A DNA stretch of 64,000 nt. Origin: Chrysomallon squamiferum. Taxonomy: Eukaryota; Animalia; Mollusca. The stretch is taken from the NCBI GenBank assembly GCA_012295275.1, contig CM022672.1, positions 8,122,001 to 8,186,000 of the forward strand, given 5' to 3'. The translations under genes and the position numbers were made by a program. The notes under the pieces were generated by a model. That model did no database searches and was not told the DNA's origin. It worked only from the letters and a program-made list of their open reading frames with translations. Positions 1 through 14,058 of the stretch are shown piece by piece; position 1 is the first letter of the stretch; each line of letters begins with the position of its first letter.

Positions 1-1080
1 TTTCTTATTATTACTTTCATTATTATTTAAAAAAAAAAAAAAAAAAAAAAAAATTCCTATCTGGCATTTACGTAAAGAGTGTTAAAAAAAAAAAAAAAAA
101 AGAGAATATGAAACAGTTGGATTAATAGAAGATATTCTGTTTTAAAATATAAATTCAGAAACAATCACGAAATAGAAGTTTTTTTTTAGTAAATGAAGGA
201 TGTAGAATTAATAGACATATGTGTTGCTGCTACCTGCAGATAAAATAATTAAGTTTAGCTAGCTAAGTCTCTGTGACACAGATAAGTATATCAGTGGAGA
301 TTCAGTTTTGGAACAGACTATAACAAACTACTCACATAGGATATCTTTATTATTACATGGGTGCTATGAGTTTGAATTAGTCTTCTGTAATATTATTAAA
401 ACAGAATGAAAAACACATACACATTTTTACAAGATAAACTACAAAATAAATTGATAATAAAAATAAATACAAATATGAATATAAAAGCCATATTCGCAAA
501 TTTCAAGAATATCGTATAGTTTTTATTTACATGCAATTTTGCAGAATTAATAGAATTTCTTCACTTTATCACTCGAAAATTTCATTATTACTCAGTATCG
601 CTTGTTGCTTTTTTTTGTGTGTGTTTTTGTTTTTGTTTTTGGGGTTTTGTTTTTTTGTTGTTGTTGTTGTTTTATTTTTGTAACGGCTAAGGTAATCAAG
701 CGGTAGTTTTGGCGGAAAAGAGAGAAATAAACAGAATGAGAATGTACAGAAAAAGAAGAAGAAAAAGGGGAAAGTAAAATCAAAATTAAAATTTTGTTTT
801 TATTCACGAGAATAATGACTATATTTATTTATTTATTTATAACACTTCTGGTTTCCGCTGCGTGCAGATAGGTTGCAAATTCAATACAGCTTTCAGTTAT
901 TTTCTGATAACCTTAGCGTACGATTACGACATAAGACAGCGAATCAGTGCAGTAAGCAGGGAAATGTGACCTATGAATTATGTTACTAAATAGCGGACGA
1001 TAAATGTCAGCGAGATTGGATTAGAAAGATCTAACTATATGCACTTATCTGTAATTAAGTTTTTGAGTAGGTTAAGCAAA

Positions 1081-1344
1081 GTAATTCAAACTCGTATATG
1101 TCGAGTAACGTAATTTAAACTCGTGTATGTGGAGTAACGTAATATAAACTCTTTTATGTGGAGTAACGTAATGTCAACTTGTGAATGTCGAGTAATGTAA
1201 TTTAAACTCGTGTATGTGGAGTAACGTAATTTCAACTCGTGAATGTCGAGTAATGTAATTTAAACTCGTGTATGTGGAGTAACGTAATTTACACTTACGT
1301 CTGCCGAGTAATGTAATTTAAAAATGTTTATATCGAGTAACGTA
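1081..1344. repeat. Minisatellite, 29-bp unit (GAGTAACGTAATTTAAACTCGTGTATGTG), ~9 copies
   Basis: GAGTAA(C/T)GTAA recurs every 29 bp (1103, 1132, ...); central units alternate between two variants. Confidence 0.95.
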
Positions 1345-1947
1345 AAAGTTACTAGGTTTTAATTCGTATACTTTGTTAACTGAATCATAGACAATCAGAT
1401 ACTTTAGAAACAAAGAAAGTACAAAACAAATAAATGAACAACAACAACAATAAAACTGATGATACTAAATAAATATATAAATTTTGTTACAATAGTTTTA
1501 AAGAAGTAACCTGATGACACTACATTTATGTGTCAACAAAGTGCTTATTGCATTCACATTTAACAGACAGAAAAGTATATCATATGATACAGCATTCCCG
1601 AAGCACCGGCAATCTCAGAAAACAGGAAAAAAGTAACATAAAGTTAACTACGAAGACGCTGTTAATCAGCTAGTTTGAACATGTCTTCACTCAAAAGAGT
1701 GCTAGTATGTTACTACGTTGGTATATTCGTATGTTAGTATTTTAGAAGAGAAGATCTAGTGAACATACACATCACCTATTAACTCTGGGATCGATCCCTA
1801 AGCTTACCGTTGTTAAGGATTTCTGCACAACCACAGAGCTATCGAGACTGGTCAGCCAGGGACATCACAACTGACCAGCGTCATTGAAGTAACATAGCTC
1901 TCACGTTTTTCCTCTCCGGAGATAAAAATCTTTACATATCGGACATC

Positions 1948-2090
1948 AGATAGCGAATTTCGTTTTTACTGATCGATTTGTGAGCAGGATTTTGTTTATA
2001 AAAGTCAGCGTATTAGCAAGATTTCGTTTTTGAGAGGTCGATCTATTAGCAGGAATTGGCTTTTCGGAGGTCATTCTATTAGCGAGATTT
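1948..2090. repeat. Degenerate minisatellite, ~33-bp unit (GGTC..TCTATTAGCAGGATTT...), 4-5 copies
   Basis: TATTAGC at 2011, 2044 and 2077, with a related TGTGAGCA at 1979. Confidence 0.7.
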
Positions 2091-2284
2091 ACCCAGTTAG
2101 TGATGCGCGTTCCAGTAAAAACAGTGCACAAAGACTGAGAATCTATTTGTTGATTACATCTACAAATATTTTTAACTGACAGCATTCATTACTGTCTATG
2201 TAACTTCCACATTAATCTGCGTGACAAACATAATTCACTTACATTAACTTAATTAGGTGTATAACGTTGTTATAATTTTATTCT

Positions 2285-2570
2285 TTTATTTTACCTTTGC
2301 CTGGGTTTTTTTCCGTTATTCCTTTTATTATTATAATTTTATTTATTTATTTATTTATTTAGAGTATTTTTAAAAAATAGTTTTTTCCCCGAGTTTTAGA
2401 TTCGCGATTTTTGGTTTCGTTGTTATTGTGTTATTTTTTTTATTCTAACTTTGCCTTTTTTCCACCGTTTTTTCTTTTATTATTATAATTTTATTTATTT
2501 ATTTATCATATTTCTAAAATGTTTTTTTCCGATTTTTCATGTTCGAGGTTTCTTGTTTATTCTATTGTCA
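2285..2570. repeat. Diverged tandem duplication, ~154-bp period
   Basis: CTTTGCCT...CCGTT...CTTTTATTATTATAATTTTATTTATTTATTTAT...GTTTTTT.CC.A occurs twice (CTTTGCCT at ~2295 and ~2449). Confidence 0.75.
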
Positions 2571-2765
2571 TTATCACCTTCATCGCAGTCATTGTCGTTG
2601 TCTTCATAGTATTATTACTGATACTGTATCCAACGTCCCTAATACCGTTTTAGAATTTTTGATGGCGTCGCCATTTTGAATTAAATAAAATAATGTTTTG
2701 AACATTAGATTTTACAATAGATACAGAAATGATTTATGAAATGCTAATAATTGGATATAAAAGGT

Positions 2766-2802
<37 letters not shown>

Positions 2803-2883
2803 TCTAATATAATTATATTATTATATTTTTACTGGCTTTTTACTACATTGCAACTGATTTGACGCTAATTACTTAGTCTCTTT

Positions 2884-3483
2884 GATTGACACGTGACACG
2901 TCCACTGTCCAATCGAATTACAGATAACAGCTTAATGTTTGGTTGCTGTAATCTTGTTTGCCGAATTTGCCGAATTTGCAATCAAATGTTTTTAACTTTC
3001 TGTGTCCGGTCAAAACTGAATTAGCATAATAAAACACATTACGTTTTCACTGTACAGTGATAAATACTGAAATTTAAAAACTCTTAACAAATTACACATT
3101 TAAACTGTGTAACAACATACATTACGTTTTCAAATTACAGTGATAAATACTGAATTTAAACTGCGTAATAAACTTTATATTTTTAAACATACACATCCTG
3201 TTGTTATTGTCTTAACCTACTGTTACAATGCCAGACTATATTTCAGTTGTTCGTGACAGTGTGTTATTATGAAATGTTTCGTTTATTACATCTTCTAGAG
3301 AAATCTATTCAATTACACCACGTAATCACCGACGTCCTTGGAAGTTAAGTTGGCGCTTCTCGGACTCCACGATTGACACGTGACAAGCCGGACGTCCAAT
3401 CAGATTTCAGATAACAACTTAATGATTGGGTTCTGGAGACTGAATTGTCGAATTTGTCTCTCAAGTGTGTTTACTGGTCAAAG
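2884..3483. repeat. Dispersed direct duplication of a ~115-130 bp motif-rich module (2884-3015 and 3371-3483)
   Basis: Both copies carry GATTGACACGTGACA (15 bp exact), GTCCAATC, CAGATAACA, CTTAATG, TTG.CGAATTTG and GGTCAAA in the same order; offset 487 bp. Confidence 0.85.
3030..3190. repeat. Tandem duplication, 83-bp period
   Basis: ACATTACGTTTTCA...TACAGTGATAAATACTGAA at 3036 and 3119. Confidence 0.85.
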
Positions 3484-5897
3484 AGCGAATGTTGACCCCA
3501 GTGAAATCTCAGTGAATTAACCTAAATATATTTTCTCTGAGTTTGGCAGTGAAATACTTGATACCCAAAGCGATCCACGATCGATTCCCGACGTCGACAC
3601 ATCGTTGCACAATTTCACGTTATCGCCAAATCGGTATATAATAGATAGTCCTGTTTTGAATAATACGCATGTGAGAAGATCGTTTGCTGTCAAAATATAA
3701 AATGCATTGGTTTCTGGGTTTTGTAAGAATTACTAAAATTAAAATTGATCGTCCAGTTAATGACAACAGAAAATAAATTACTGTAGTCTCGAGTTGTAAA
3801 AAAAAAAAAAATAAAAAAATATCTGTAATGTCTTTATTACTGATAAATCTTATTTGATAAGTTTTATGTATGATTTATGCATAATATGAGCTATAAGGTG
3901 TTCATCACAAAATTGACAGTTTGTTTAAATTAATGATTTACACCAGTTGTTGTTTTTTTTTCAAGGAAAAAGAATCAGTTTCTTTTATCTTCTTGTCTAC
4001 TTGCATCAATTAGTAGCAAGATTTGTTTTCAGTGTGTGTCTTCTCATAGACAGCAAACTGCATACTGCAGCTTTTAACGGCAACAACAGCAGTAACATTA
4101 ACAATAATGACGATGGTAATAGTAATGGTAATAATAACAACAACAACAACAAATAAATAATAATAATAATAAAAACAAAAACAACAACAACAACAACAAA
4201 AAGAGAAACAATAAAGAAAGCTACAGAGCGGCCTCAGACAGATCTTATAACTCAGTGGTGAGGTGACTGCAGAAAGAGGAAGTGGCTGCAGCGAGGCGGA
4301 CTGATCCTGGGACCTGTGACTTGATGCGATGTGTTACTTCACGCTGAAGACATTCCTCACTCCGTCTCTTTATGAACACTGCTGTAGTTTGCAGGAAATT
4401 GCACGGACTTAACTTGACACAAAGACCCCGATTTAGAGAATAATAAATTGTGTGCCCGCTAGAAATCGCTAAGCCTGGAAATGGCTTTCTTTTGCAATCC
4501 ATCTACGAGTTGGAATTTCTTATAGAATTCGGGTCCAACATGGACGATTATTTTACTTGAAGAAAAAATAATGATTTTTCGCCTTATTCTTCGTTCTCTT
4601 TTCTCTTTTAGCGGAATATGTGATTCCAAGCAGATTTGGCAAATTATCTTTAATGGCGAGAGGAGAAAATTAAATTGGCAGTCTGGTCTATCGTGAATAA
4701 CAGCGAGAAGTTACAGTTCACCGGAAATAAAAAAAAATTCTTGTACGTTTTAGCAACAACAAATCAGAAGAGTATGTTAAATACACCAAAACAAACAAAA
4801 AATATATATATTAGAATAAAATAAAGGAAGGCAGTAATGAACGTATTAACTTATTAATTGCTCACTGACTCTACGAACTGATTAATGGTGGAAAGAATAA
4901 ATGAAAAAATAAAATGAGTAAATAAATGCATAAAAGTCTTAAGTAAATTTTAATTACTACAACACCGTCATAACCATACATACAGACATACAAACATACA
5001 CAACGCAATCAATATACTGTATGTACACTTACATTTTTAAAAATAAAACCACGTCAAACTTTTATTGTGTTCAAGTTACATAATAAAAATCAAAATTAAC
5101 TGACTGAGCAACCTTTTCGTCTAAAAACATGACATATAAATCATCGGTAATTTTGTAATTTGTGTCTCTCATCTTTTAATGGTTTACAGTAATCCTGCGA
5201 ATAGGGAAATTTTATTTTCCTAGCTACACAAAAATCCTTTTAAGATGTTGTTCGCTCTGCTTGTTAAAACGTGGCCTGAGGGGGAGTTTAGAAGTAAAAA
5301 AAAATAATAACACGCATAATAAAATTTGTTTTAAAATATTAATGCGTGTCGAAGGACAATCTGGCGGGGATTATTGAAATTTGAAATTTGTTTTAAAACA
5401 TTAACTGTCAATATGTTTGGCTTAAATTCGGTAGTATTCGATAATGCTGTGTTTACAGAGATTTGGTCTCAATTCAAATTTACACTTTTTTTTTTTTTTT
5501 TTTTTTTTTTAAATAGAATTTAGGAATGAAAAGTTAGTTAATGAATGAATGAATAAATAAATGAATATGTTGTTGTTGTTGTTGTTTTTGTTATTATTGG
5601 TATTTTAGTCTTTGTTCTTCATCCTTGATTGTTCTTGCACTTACAATTAAACTGTTGTTACTTTATCAAACACTCTGATAAAACTGTATCTCTAACTTTC
5701 ATTTCATTGTTACCATGATGATGATGATGATGGCTCTAATGAATATTATTATTATCAAACTTTGATGATGATAATGATGATACAAATATTTTTCTTCTGA
5801 TAATAATGATGATAATCACTCTAACAGTTATGACATTGAAGATTAAGAAAACATATAACTAACTTTCATCTTGCAGTGGAACAAACAAAAAATCGAT

Positions 5898-5900
<3 letters not shown>

Positions 5901-5981
<81 letters not shown>

Positions 5982-5992
5982 CATATATATAT
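5901..5992. repeat. Compound (TA)n/(TACA)n microsatellite
   Basis: Directly visible. Confidence 0.97.
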
Positions 5993-7822
5993 AATATTCA
6001 AACACAGCTTTGTAGACGTAAAACGAGTCAAAACACATATTTTATTAAGTAATTTAAATGGATACGATAAATATTTCAAAAAAAAAAAAAAAATACTATA
6101 TAAAGACTATTTGTTTTTTGTTGTTCTTTTTTGTGTGTGGGTTGTTGTTTTTTTACTGGAAACTATAACGTATATTAACCAAATTATTTTAACGTATTTT
6201 CTGGACATATTTTATTTCTGGCCTCAGTATTTTGATTAAATTTTCTTCACGCGGACTTAAACTACAACTTAATAATGTATACAGTGTCTTAGCGTTAACA
6301 CCAGAGCTTGTACAGCAACATAAACTACGCGATCTCTGATCTAACCAGCGCGTTAAAAATACCGACATCATCATTCACGGCCACTTAACAACGACAGCCG
6401 TTAATTCGCTTCATCCACCGCATTGCATTTCTACAACGAGGAAGTCAACCCGCCAGCAACCTCGTCACCAGCAGCGGCGTCGACAGACCTATTACAGCAC
6501 CTAAGTGACTTTTTAAAACTTTGGCAGAATTCCGCTTTTTAGACGTTTTTTCTGCAAGTAAATGTTTCGTGAGACCTAAATTAAAGCCGGTATTTCCAGG
6601 TGGAATAATCAACGAGTCGTCTGCGAAGTCTGAAGTAGGAGCTATGGCGTCGCGTAAGACGTTTGACGTCGTTGAAAAAAGTACGCAGTGTCACGAACGG
6701 TCACGTAACGGACTGCAGGCGCTTAGATTCGTGGCTGACAGCTTTGAGGTTACCGGTTCGATTACCAGCAGCTGAATTTGGAAGCGTTGATTAGCTTTAA
6801 GTATAGTTATTTCAAAGCGCGTGGGAGTAGAACTGACGGGCAAGTTGAAAATTGATAATTCAAGTCGCTAAGCTGAGATATCACATGTAAAATGACGCAA
6901 TGATTATGTCACTTTCGTTAGGGTTGGAATGGACGCAGGCACAGATAATTGGAGATGTGGTTTCATAACAGTCACTTAGGTCTGCGTCTAACCTTTATAA
7001 CATGCCCTGCTTTATCAAAAGAGACGTGATGTTTCGCAGGATCAACCCTGCTGTTTCCTGTTCCAGGCAGAGCCCCTTGATTCATATAAGAATAATCATG
7101 ATAGATGCTTTTGTGGATATAGGGACGTGTAAACAAATGAACCCTCCTTATCTAGAAATAACAGCATGTCTAAAGTGATTCTGTGGAGTTCTTTTAAAAT
7201 TAATGTTATGATCTATATATATATATATATATATACACATACACACATTCACTCACACATACATACATACATAGAATGTATTTAAATATACATACATACA
7301 TACATATAAACATACATATATACATACGAACATATATATACACATATACACATACACACATTCATACATATTATGTTTCAGATCTGCTGAAGTAACTTCA
7401 CCTCTTTAGAAACTGTCCCACGATTCAGACACTAACTCACATTTCAGGCAGCACTGCACGTTGAACTGAAAACACAGTTTTACAGCCTTCAACACCTTCA
7501 TTCTGATCATTTCGAATCGTTCATGTACAAACGAGAGCATTCCACGATGACCATAACAGTTATTTGACAGTGAAAAGTTAACTGGCTACAATGGAATGCG
7601 CCCATTTGATGGTTCTGAAAATCATGGATAGAAGTATTTAAAAAAAAAAAAATGTGTTTGCTAAGCAGTCGAGAAGCTCAGTGATCGTGGTAATGAACTA
7701 CGACGTGTGCCTGCTTCAAGAGGTTTTCATGTTTACTTTTCTTACAGCAAACATTTTTAGATAAATCTCCAAAGTAAACATTTTTCATCAAATCATATAA
7801 TAATTTTTATATCTGCAAGTGT

Positions 7823-7857
<35 letters not shown>

Positions 7858-8117
7858 CAACCACAAAATATACTTTGCAATAATAACATGTTCTGAAAAC
7901 CGAACAGCCACAAATCTTGAAATAAATGTATGTATTTAATAAAATGAAATGATACTGGTGCGAAAGGTTAAGGAATAAACTGAAGTGAGTTAATATTAAA
8001 TATCGTGATTATAACGGACTCGCTAGAGAGAAGAAAGTTCACGACCTTTTATGAGTCAGAAGAAAATTATCTTTTATTTCTGCCTTCTAATAACCAAATA
8101 AAATCTTCTTTCATTCA

Positions 8118-8221
<104 letters not shown>

Positions 8222-8580
8222 CCCCCCTCCCTACCTTATCAGCATAGTCACACTTGTTTAGCCTTGCCCTCTGGCAATGCGAACATAACCTTCTTTCTTA
8301 CCGTCTTTTTATCTTATCTGAAAAATATTTATTTTTTATTTCTATTTTTTTTTTTTTTTTATTTTATTTTATTATTTTTTTTTTTTTTCGTCTTGTTCAC
8401 TCCACTATACAAACTGCTATAAAATAAATCTGTTTTTTTTTTTCTTGAGGAGGGCGGTTCTGTTCCAAACAGCACTTGCCGTCCCAAAATTTACGTTCAT
8501 CTTTTAGAACATTCAGTGTAATTAAATTTCAGAGTAAAGAATAGCTCAAAGCTTACAGAGTAGTCAGAAAATACATAAAA

Positions 8581-8832
8581 CACGTGGTCGCGGTTATTAA
8601 TAACTTACGAAGATTGAATTACTTATTGATTTTAAGCAGGTCTCACGTTTTTGTCGAACATGAACACCCGAGTCTCGTTAACCTACGCTAAACAGCTTTA
8701 TTACGACAGTTTATATTGCACGTGCACCACGTGTTAAGTTCCCACTTAGAGCATGTACTAATAGAGGCCCAGTTATTAGATAAAACTACTTCGTTACAGG
8801 TATGTGTTGTTTTAAATAAGAAAATGGCGGCC
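8581..8832. promoter_or_regulatory. Candidate cis-element: three CACGTG E-boxes plus a YY1/Pho consensus
   Basis: CACGTG at 8581, 8719 and 8728; AAAATGGCGGCC at 8821-8832. Function is inferred. Confidence 0.4.
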
Positions 8833-9452
8833 AGTGTAATACCAGTTCTGACAAAACATGAAAATACACAGTGGACTAATTGTATGCTTGTCTCTGTATT
8901 TATCGTCTGAATATTTCTATATCTATGTGTGCGGGTAATGTGTGTGTGTATGAATATTATGTTATCCTTTTTTTCTTGAAAATTAATAACAGCAATTTAT
9001 GATGATCAGAAACAGATAAGAACATAAATTTATCATAAAAACTGTATTTGGTGTATTTATTAAGACCAATGCAGGTACAGTTTAAATTTAAAAAATTACA
9101 ATAATAACACAAAACACACAAACACACAACACACACATACACACATACATACATACACACACACACACATATACACACACTCACACTCACACACACACAA
9201 CACACACATACATACACACACAACATGCACACACACTCATGCGCGCACGCACACATTATTTCCTAACCCGATCGTAAGTAAGGGATTATTTGTACTTTGA
9301 CTTACGCTGTTTATCGTTTCTGCATCGCTTCATTAACGTTCCGACCGACTGAAAGTGTAATAAATGTTTTCGTATAATAAAGGGCACGAAATGTATAGGA
9401 TAATTGCTTGAAAGCATATCTACAAAACACAACAAAAACAACATGAAAAAAG

Positions 9453-9486
<34 letters not shown>

Positions 9487-9594
9487 GAAATCGTGCAACA
9501 GCAAAGATGACAGAAGCAATAAAACAGCTATTCTCAACTGTACAAAAAAGATACACTGTAACTTTATTATTTAACAATACGAATGCCACCTAGC

Positions 9595-9830
9595 GATCAC
9601 GTGACGGTTTGATCTTTAATTGCAGGTGGGTTTTTTTTTTGTACAACGCCAGGTGTTTTTGATGTTGCACGTGTCTGACAACAACGTCAGTAACGCCACA
9701 TGTCTGCACCGAGTGAGTGGATAGCAGCAGCTGCAACGACTTCATACAGAAATTCGGAGCTCGACCGGGACGAGTAGAAATTCGTGGAGTCTTCACCATT
9801 CCAGAGAGTCGGGCCACCCACACCTGTGTG
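9595..9830. promoter_or_regulatory. Candidate bHLH enhancer: seven E-boxes in ~230 bp
   Basis: CACGTG 9598, CAGGTG 9623, CAGGTG 9650, CACGTG 9668, CACATG 9697, CAGCTG 9728 and CACCTG 9821, all in a GC-richer unique island. Confidence 0.5.
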
Positions 9831-12504
9831 TATCTGAGTCTAGCGGAGATTCGTTGTGGAGAAGAAAATAGCTGAACATCTACTCATGTTGATAGAATAC
9901 TGTTTTCCCTCGTTTTAAAATGCATAAACCTTTATTTTTATGTTGCATATTTAGTCATCAGCTTCTTAGAACCCATAATGTTTGAGCTTAATAAATATAA
10001 AAAAAATCATAATGTTCGGGATTAACTGAATCCTAACTGCAAATAAAAATCCTAGCTCTGGATCTTAAGATAGAACGAAAATTCTGAGAAAGCAAAAATC
10101 ACAATACAGATTAATACCATTGTACGGAATAATTATGTACTTGTACTTGTGAATCGAGTATGATAATAATACGAGATTCAGATGACTAACGCACCGAGTC
10201 GCAGTTTGTTTGTGATGTTCTTTCTACAGTGAAACTCATTTAAATATAAACGTTTCAGGATGTTTTCGAAGCCGTGATATACCTTCGAGTACAATTATTA
10301 ATTATGAATATGTCATCTTTTGAATGAATGAATACCAGGTCATTCACTGATAATCTAACCAAGTACTTAAGCACGCCTGCCATGGGAAATCTTTCTGATA
10401 AATGACGATCACTGTGTCTGTGGTGTATCTATATATAGTACAAAATAAATGATAAGATGATAAAATGATGATTCAAAAATATCAGTAAGATAAAGTGGTT
10501 AGATCGATAAAAAGTTTCGTGGGCGCATAAAGGTGATACGCTGTTTATTTAGCCATTAGTTTTCATTATTGATGAAACAACGAGGACTTCTGAGAGAAAG
10601 GTGTGACAATTTCATTAATGTGGTGCTCTGAAATTAAAGCCGTTATCAGCATTCTGCTCTGTGGGGTTAAAAACCATTAGATATTCTAATTAATTACCTT
10701 AGGTGTTTTTTTCTTACTTTCCTTTATTCTTTTTTTATTTTTTATTTTATTTTTTTTTATTTTTATTTATTTTTACAGTTGTGACTGGTGTCTGGTCACA
10801 TTGTTAATTACTGATTTACAACTTAGTCGTTGGGGGGGGGTTCTCACATACCTTGACATACTGTATATCCCGTTCCAGGCATCTCTCCACGATATCAAGG
10901 TAGGAATATTCCTATCGAAAGAAAAAAGTATTTTACTGCTGATATTCTAAAGATATTGCTGCTGCTGCTCCTCCTCTTACTACTACTAGTACGATCTCTA
11001 CTATTACTACTACTACTACCATCAGTACTAAACTGCTACTACAACTAGTACTAAACTACTAGTATTATTTCTACTATTACTGATACTCTTACTATTATTT
11101 TAGTTACTTCTATTACTACTACTACTACTACTACTACTACCTCTATTACTACTACTGCTACTACTACTACCCTACTACTATAACAAATAATAATAATAAT
11201 AAACCAGTGTGCATATGGAGGAGAACGATTCTGATACGTCATGCTGTGGCAGTCCTCTGAGTTAAAGAAGACAGTTATATAATCACTATCCCACGTGAAA
11301 TTTTAAGAACAGACTCATTAGATGTTGGTTGTTTATTACTTTCATTTAGATAAATCGTCACAATGAATAATTCATGAATGTTTCAGATGCAGCCAATTGT
11401 TCGCTTAATTACCGTCTACAGACTTCATTTTTACGTCATGGAAGTCTTCACTTTTACAGTATACACAAAATACATTTTATACCATATTTGTCGTATTGGG
11501 AGTAAATAATGTATTCGTTATCTTCATTATAGTCGTCGACAACGTTATTATCATCATCAAGAAATACTTATTCTGCTACTTCTGCGACTACATATTTTAT
11601 TACAACAATTTTGATTCTGATATAATTACTATTACTACAAAAATTTAAACAACTATTTATCAAAATTTATATAGGCCTACATATAAATGAGATTGTGAAG
11701 CCAGTGGGAAAGACGAAAGAAAAGCAAAATTTTTCAGTCTGATATTAATCACTGTCTAAACCCTTATATAAACAAAGTCAAGAATGATTTGTCTGTACGT
11801 ACGTCACTCTGACTATAAATCCAGTTTGTTATGTCAGCTGACAGACCGCCAGAAATAGCATGTGTATTAACTTATTGTAGAAACAACTCTCAAATAAATA
11901 CAAATCATAACATATCCGTGTCACTTTGATGTTTTCCACCCTTGCAATCAAAGAGTCGCTGTAACTTGAAAACGCAGCTATCAGACGACAAAATATGTTT
12001 ACAATGGCACTGTGCTGTTTGGGCAACATCCCAGTGTAAACTGCTTCAAATAAAATCTGTCACGTTTTTGTCAGCGCAGTCTTTACTAAGGATCGTGTTT
12101 GTTATTAATTATCCTGTTTACCTTCTAACTGATGAATGATGTCATTTTCGTTCAAGTGGCTCACCAATACGTAATCAATATATCGAAACATGCTCTGCGG
12201 TTTCCTTTGTTTCGATTGGTATATGGCGACAGCGCCTGGAGCTATTGGAAAGCGTACAGTCTTGTTTTTACAAGAGTTAGCTAAGAATAAGTTATTTAAG
12301 TAGTGTAACAAAAGAATCCTAGGTGTAAGTCTCTGAATAGTAGTATTTTAAGATTACGATCAAATCCGGTCCTGTGTCTGTGAGAAATTAAACCAGATAC
12401 TTCCCAAACACGCAAACGGATTATTTTTGTCCGCCAACCATTTCTAGGTGTCAGGCAAAGTGAGGCTAAAACTGTCGTTTCAGACCATAGGTAATAAAGA
12501 TCTT

Positions 12505-12625
12505 GGACAAATCGAGACTTTTAGCGTATTTTGTTGATCAAAACTAATTATAGCTAATCGAGACTATTAACGTCACGAGCAGATCAAGACTATTAAGACT
12601 GTAGACAAATCGAGACTTTCGTATA
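12505..12625. repeat. Short degenerate minisatellite, ~26-bp unit (..ATCGAGACTATTAA..), ~5 copies
   Basis: ATCRARAC at 12511, 12537, 12557, 12583 and 12609. Confidence 0.7.
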
Positions 12626-12778
12626 AAAAACAAGCTCCAGACGAAACTAAAACTTGCGTGGGTCTGTCCTCACGAATAAAAAATATTATCAGACAAAACA
12701 GCCGTAAATACCTGACACGTCATTCGTTACTTAACCCCTTTAAACAGTCTGCAGTGATCTCCTATAATTCTTACTTTT

Positions 12779-12970
12779 TTTAAATCGGCACATTTATCTT
12801 ACACTGCACACTGCACAAATAATGAAGATATTTGCACTATTTTTATAACAACAACAACAACAAAAAAAAAAAAAAGAAGAAGAAGATAAAAACCAGTATA
12901 ATAATGATTTTTAAAATAAATGGAAATCAGGAGTTGAAAGAAAGGAAACAATATTTGTGATAGATTTTCT
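12779..12970 (+). repeat. ~190-bp direct repeat, copy 1
   Basis: TTTAAATCGGCACATTTATCTTACACTGCA...GAAAGAAAGGAAACAATATTTGTGATAGATTTTCT, highly similar to 15374-15565. Confidence 0.95.
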
Positions 12971-13864
12971 CAAAAATGAATTAGATGGTTTGACGTAAAA
13001 GAAATAAACAGTAACAAATTAATACGAGAGCAAAGTTCCGCGATCTTCGTTTTGGCTATGGGCATATGAACACAGCAACGCATGGACTTTCAGATGCTAG
13101 AACGTTTAATAGTCTGCGCAAATTCAATACAGGAGAATGAACAGAAGAAAGAAAAATAATGGAAAACTGAACGAAGAAGCCCAGTTTCATGAGAAATGAA
13201 TTAATATCGTTGTGATGACAAACTATTAAACCAGGTCTACACTTTGACAACAAGCTATATTTTAGCTACAGCTCATTAACAGCAGTCAGACAGAAGGAGA
13301 CATGTAGAGTTTGAAGGATGCAACCAAAAAAGAATCACAATCGCGATTACGTGACCAGTGAGCACGAGTTCCATCAAGGGAAATAACCCACTGACCTTCG
13401 CAGTTAAGCGTAATGTTCAGAATCAGTCGTCCATTAAGACGAGCTGAATGATTTCGGCTTGTTAATTAGAAACGCTGCTCTAACTCGACAATCGCTTCTA
13501 ATCCGACGTCACTGGGCTGTATCCCGCGTTAATGTCACTTAGAAAGACATCAAACAAATTACCTGGATGTTTTTGCCAACCATCACAAGAAAAGAACATA
13601 ATTACGCCGACACTCTACACCTATCTAATTAGTGTCTCATTTTACCTGTAGATTTAGAATGGGTATTTAGTCAATGCGGGATGTACGTGACAGGTAAATA
13701 GGACAGTTATCGTCAGTTTATATCGGAAACACAAGTACAAATCAGTTATTATCTGTACAAGGTAATTATATACAAGATCAGTTTGACAGGAATTTGACAT
13801 CTCAGACTTTATAATATGTAGGAAGTTAAATCGTATCTCCGTTAAAAAATATATACTGCTGGAC

Positions 13865-14058
<194 letters not shown>

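Noticed and set aside
4243-4312. tRNA A-box-like TAACTCAGTGGT (tRNA or SINE head)
   Set aside because: No cloverleaf and no proper B-box at the right distance; at most a heavily decayed SINE head.
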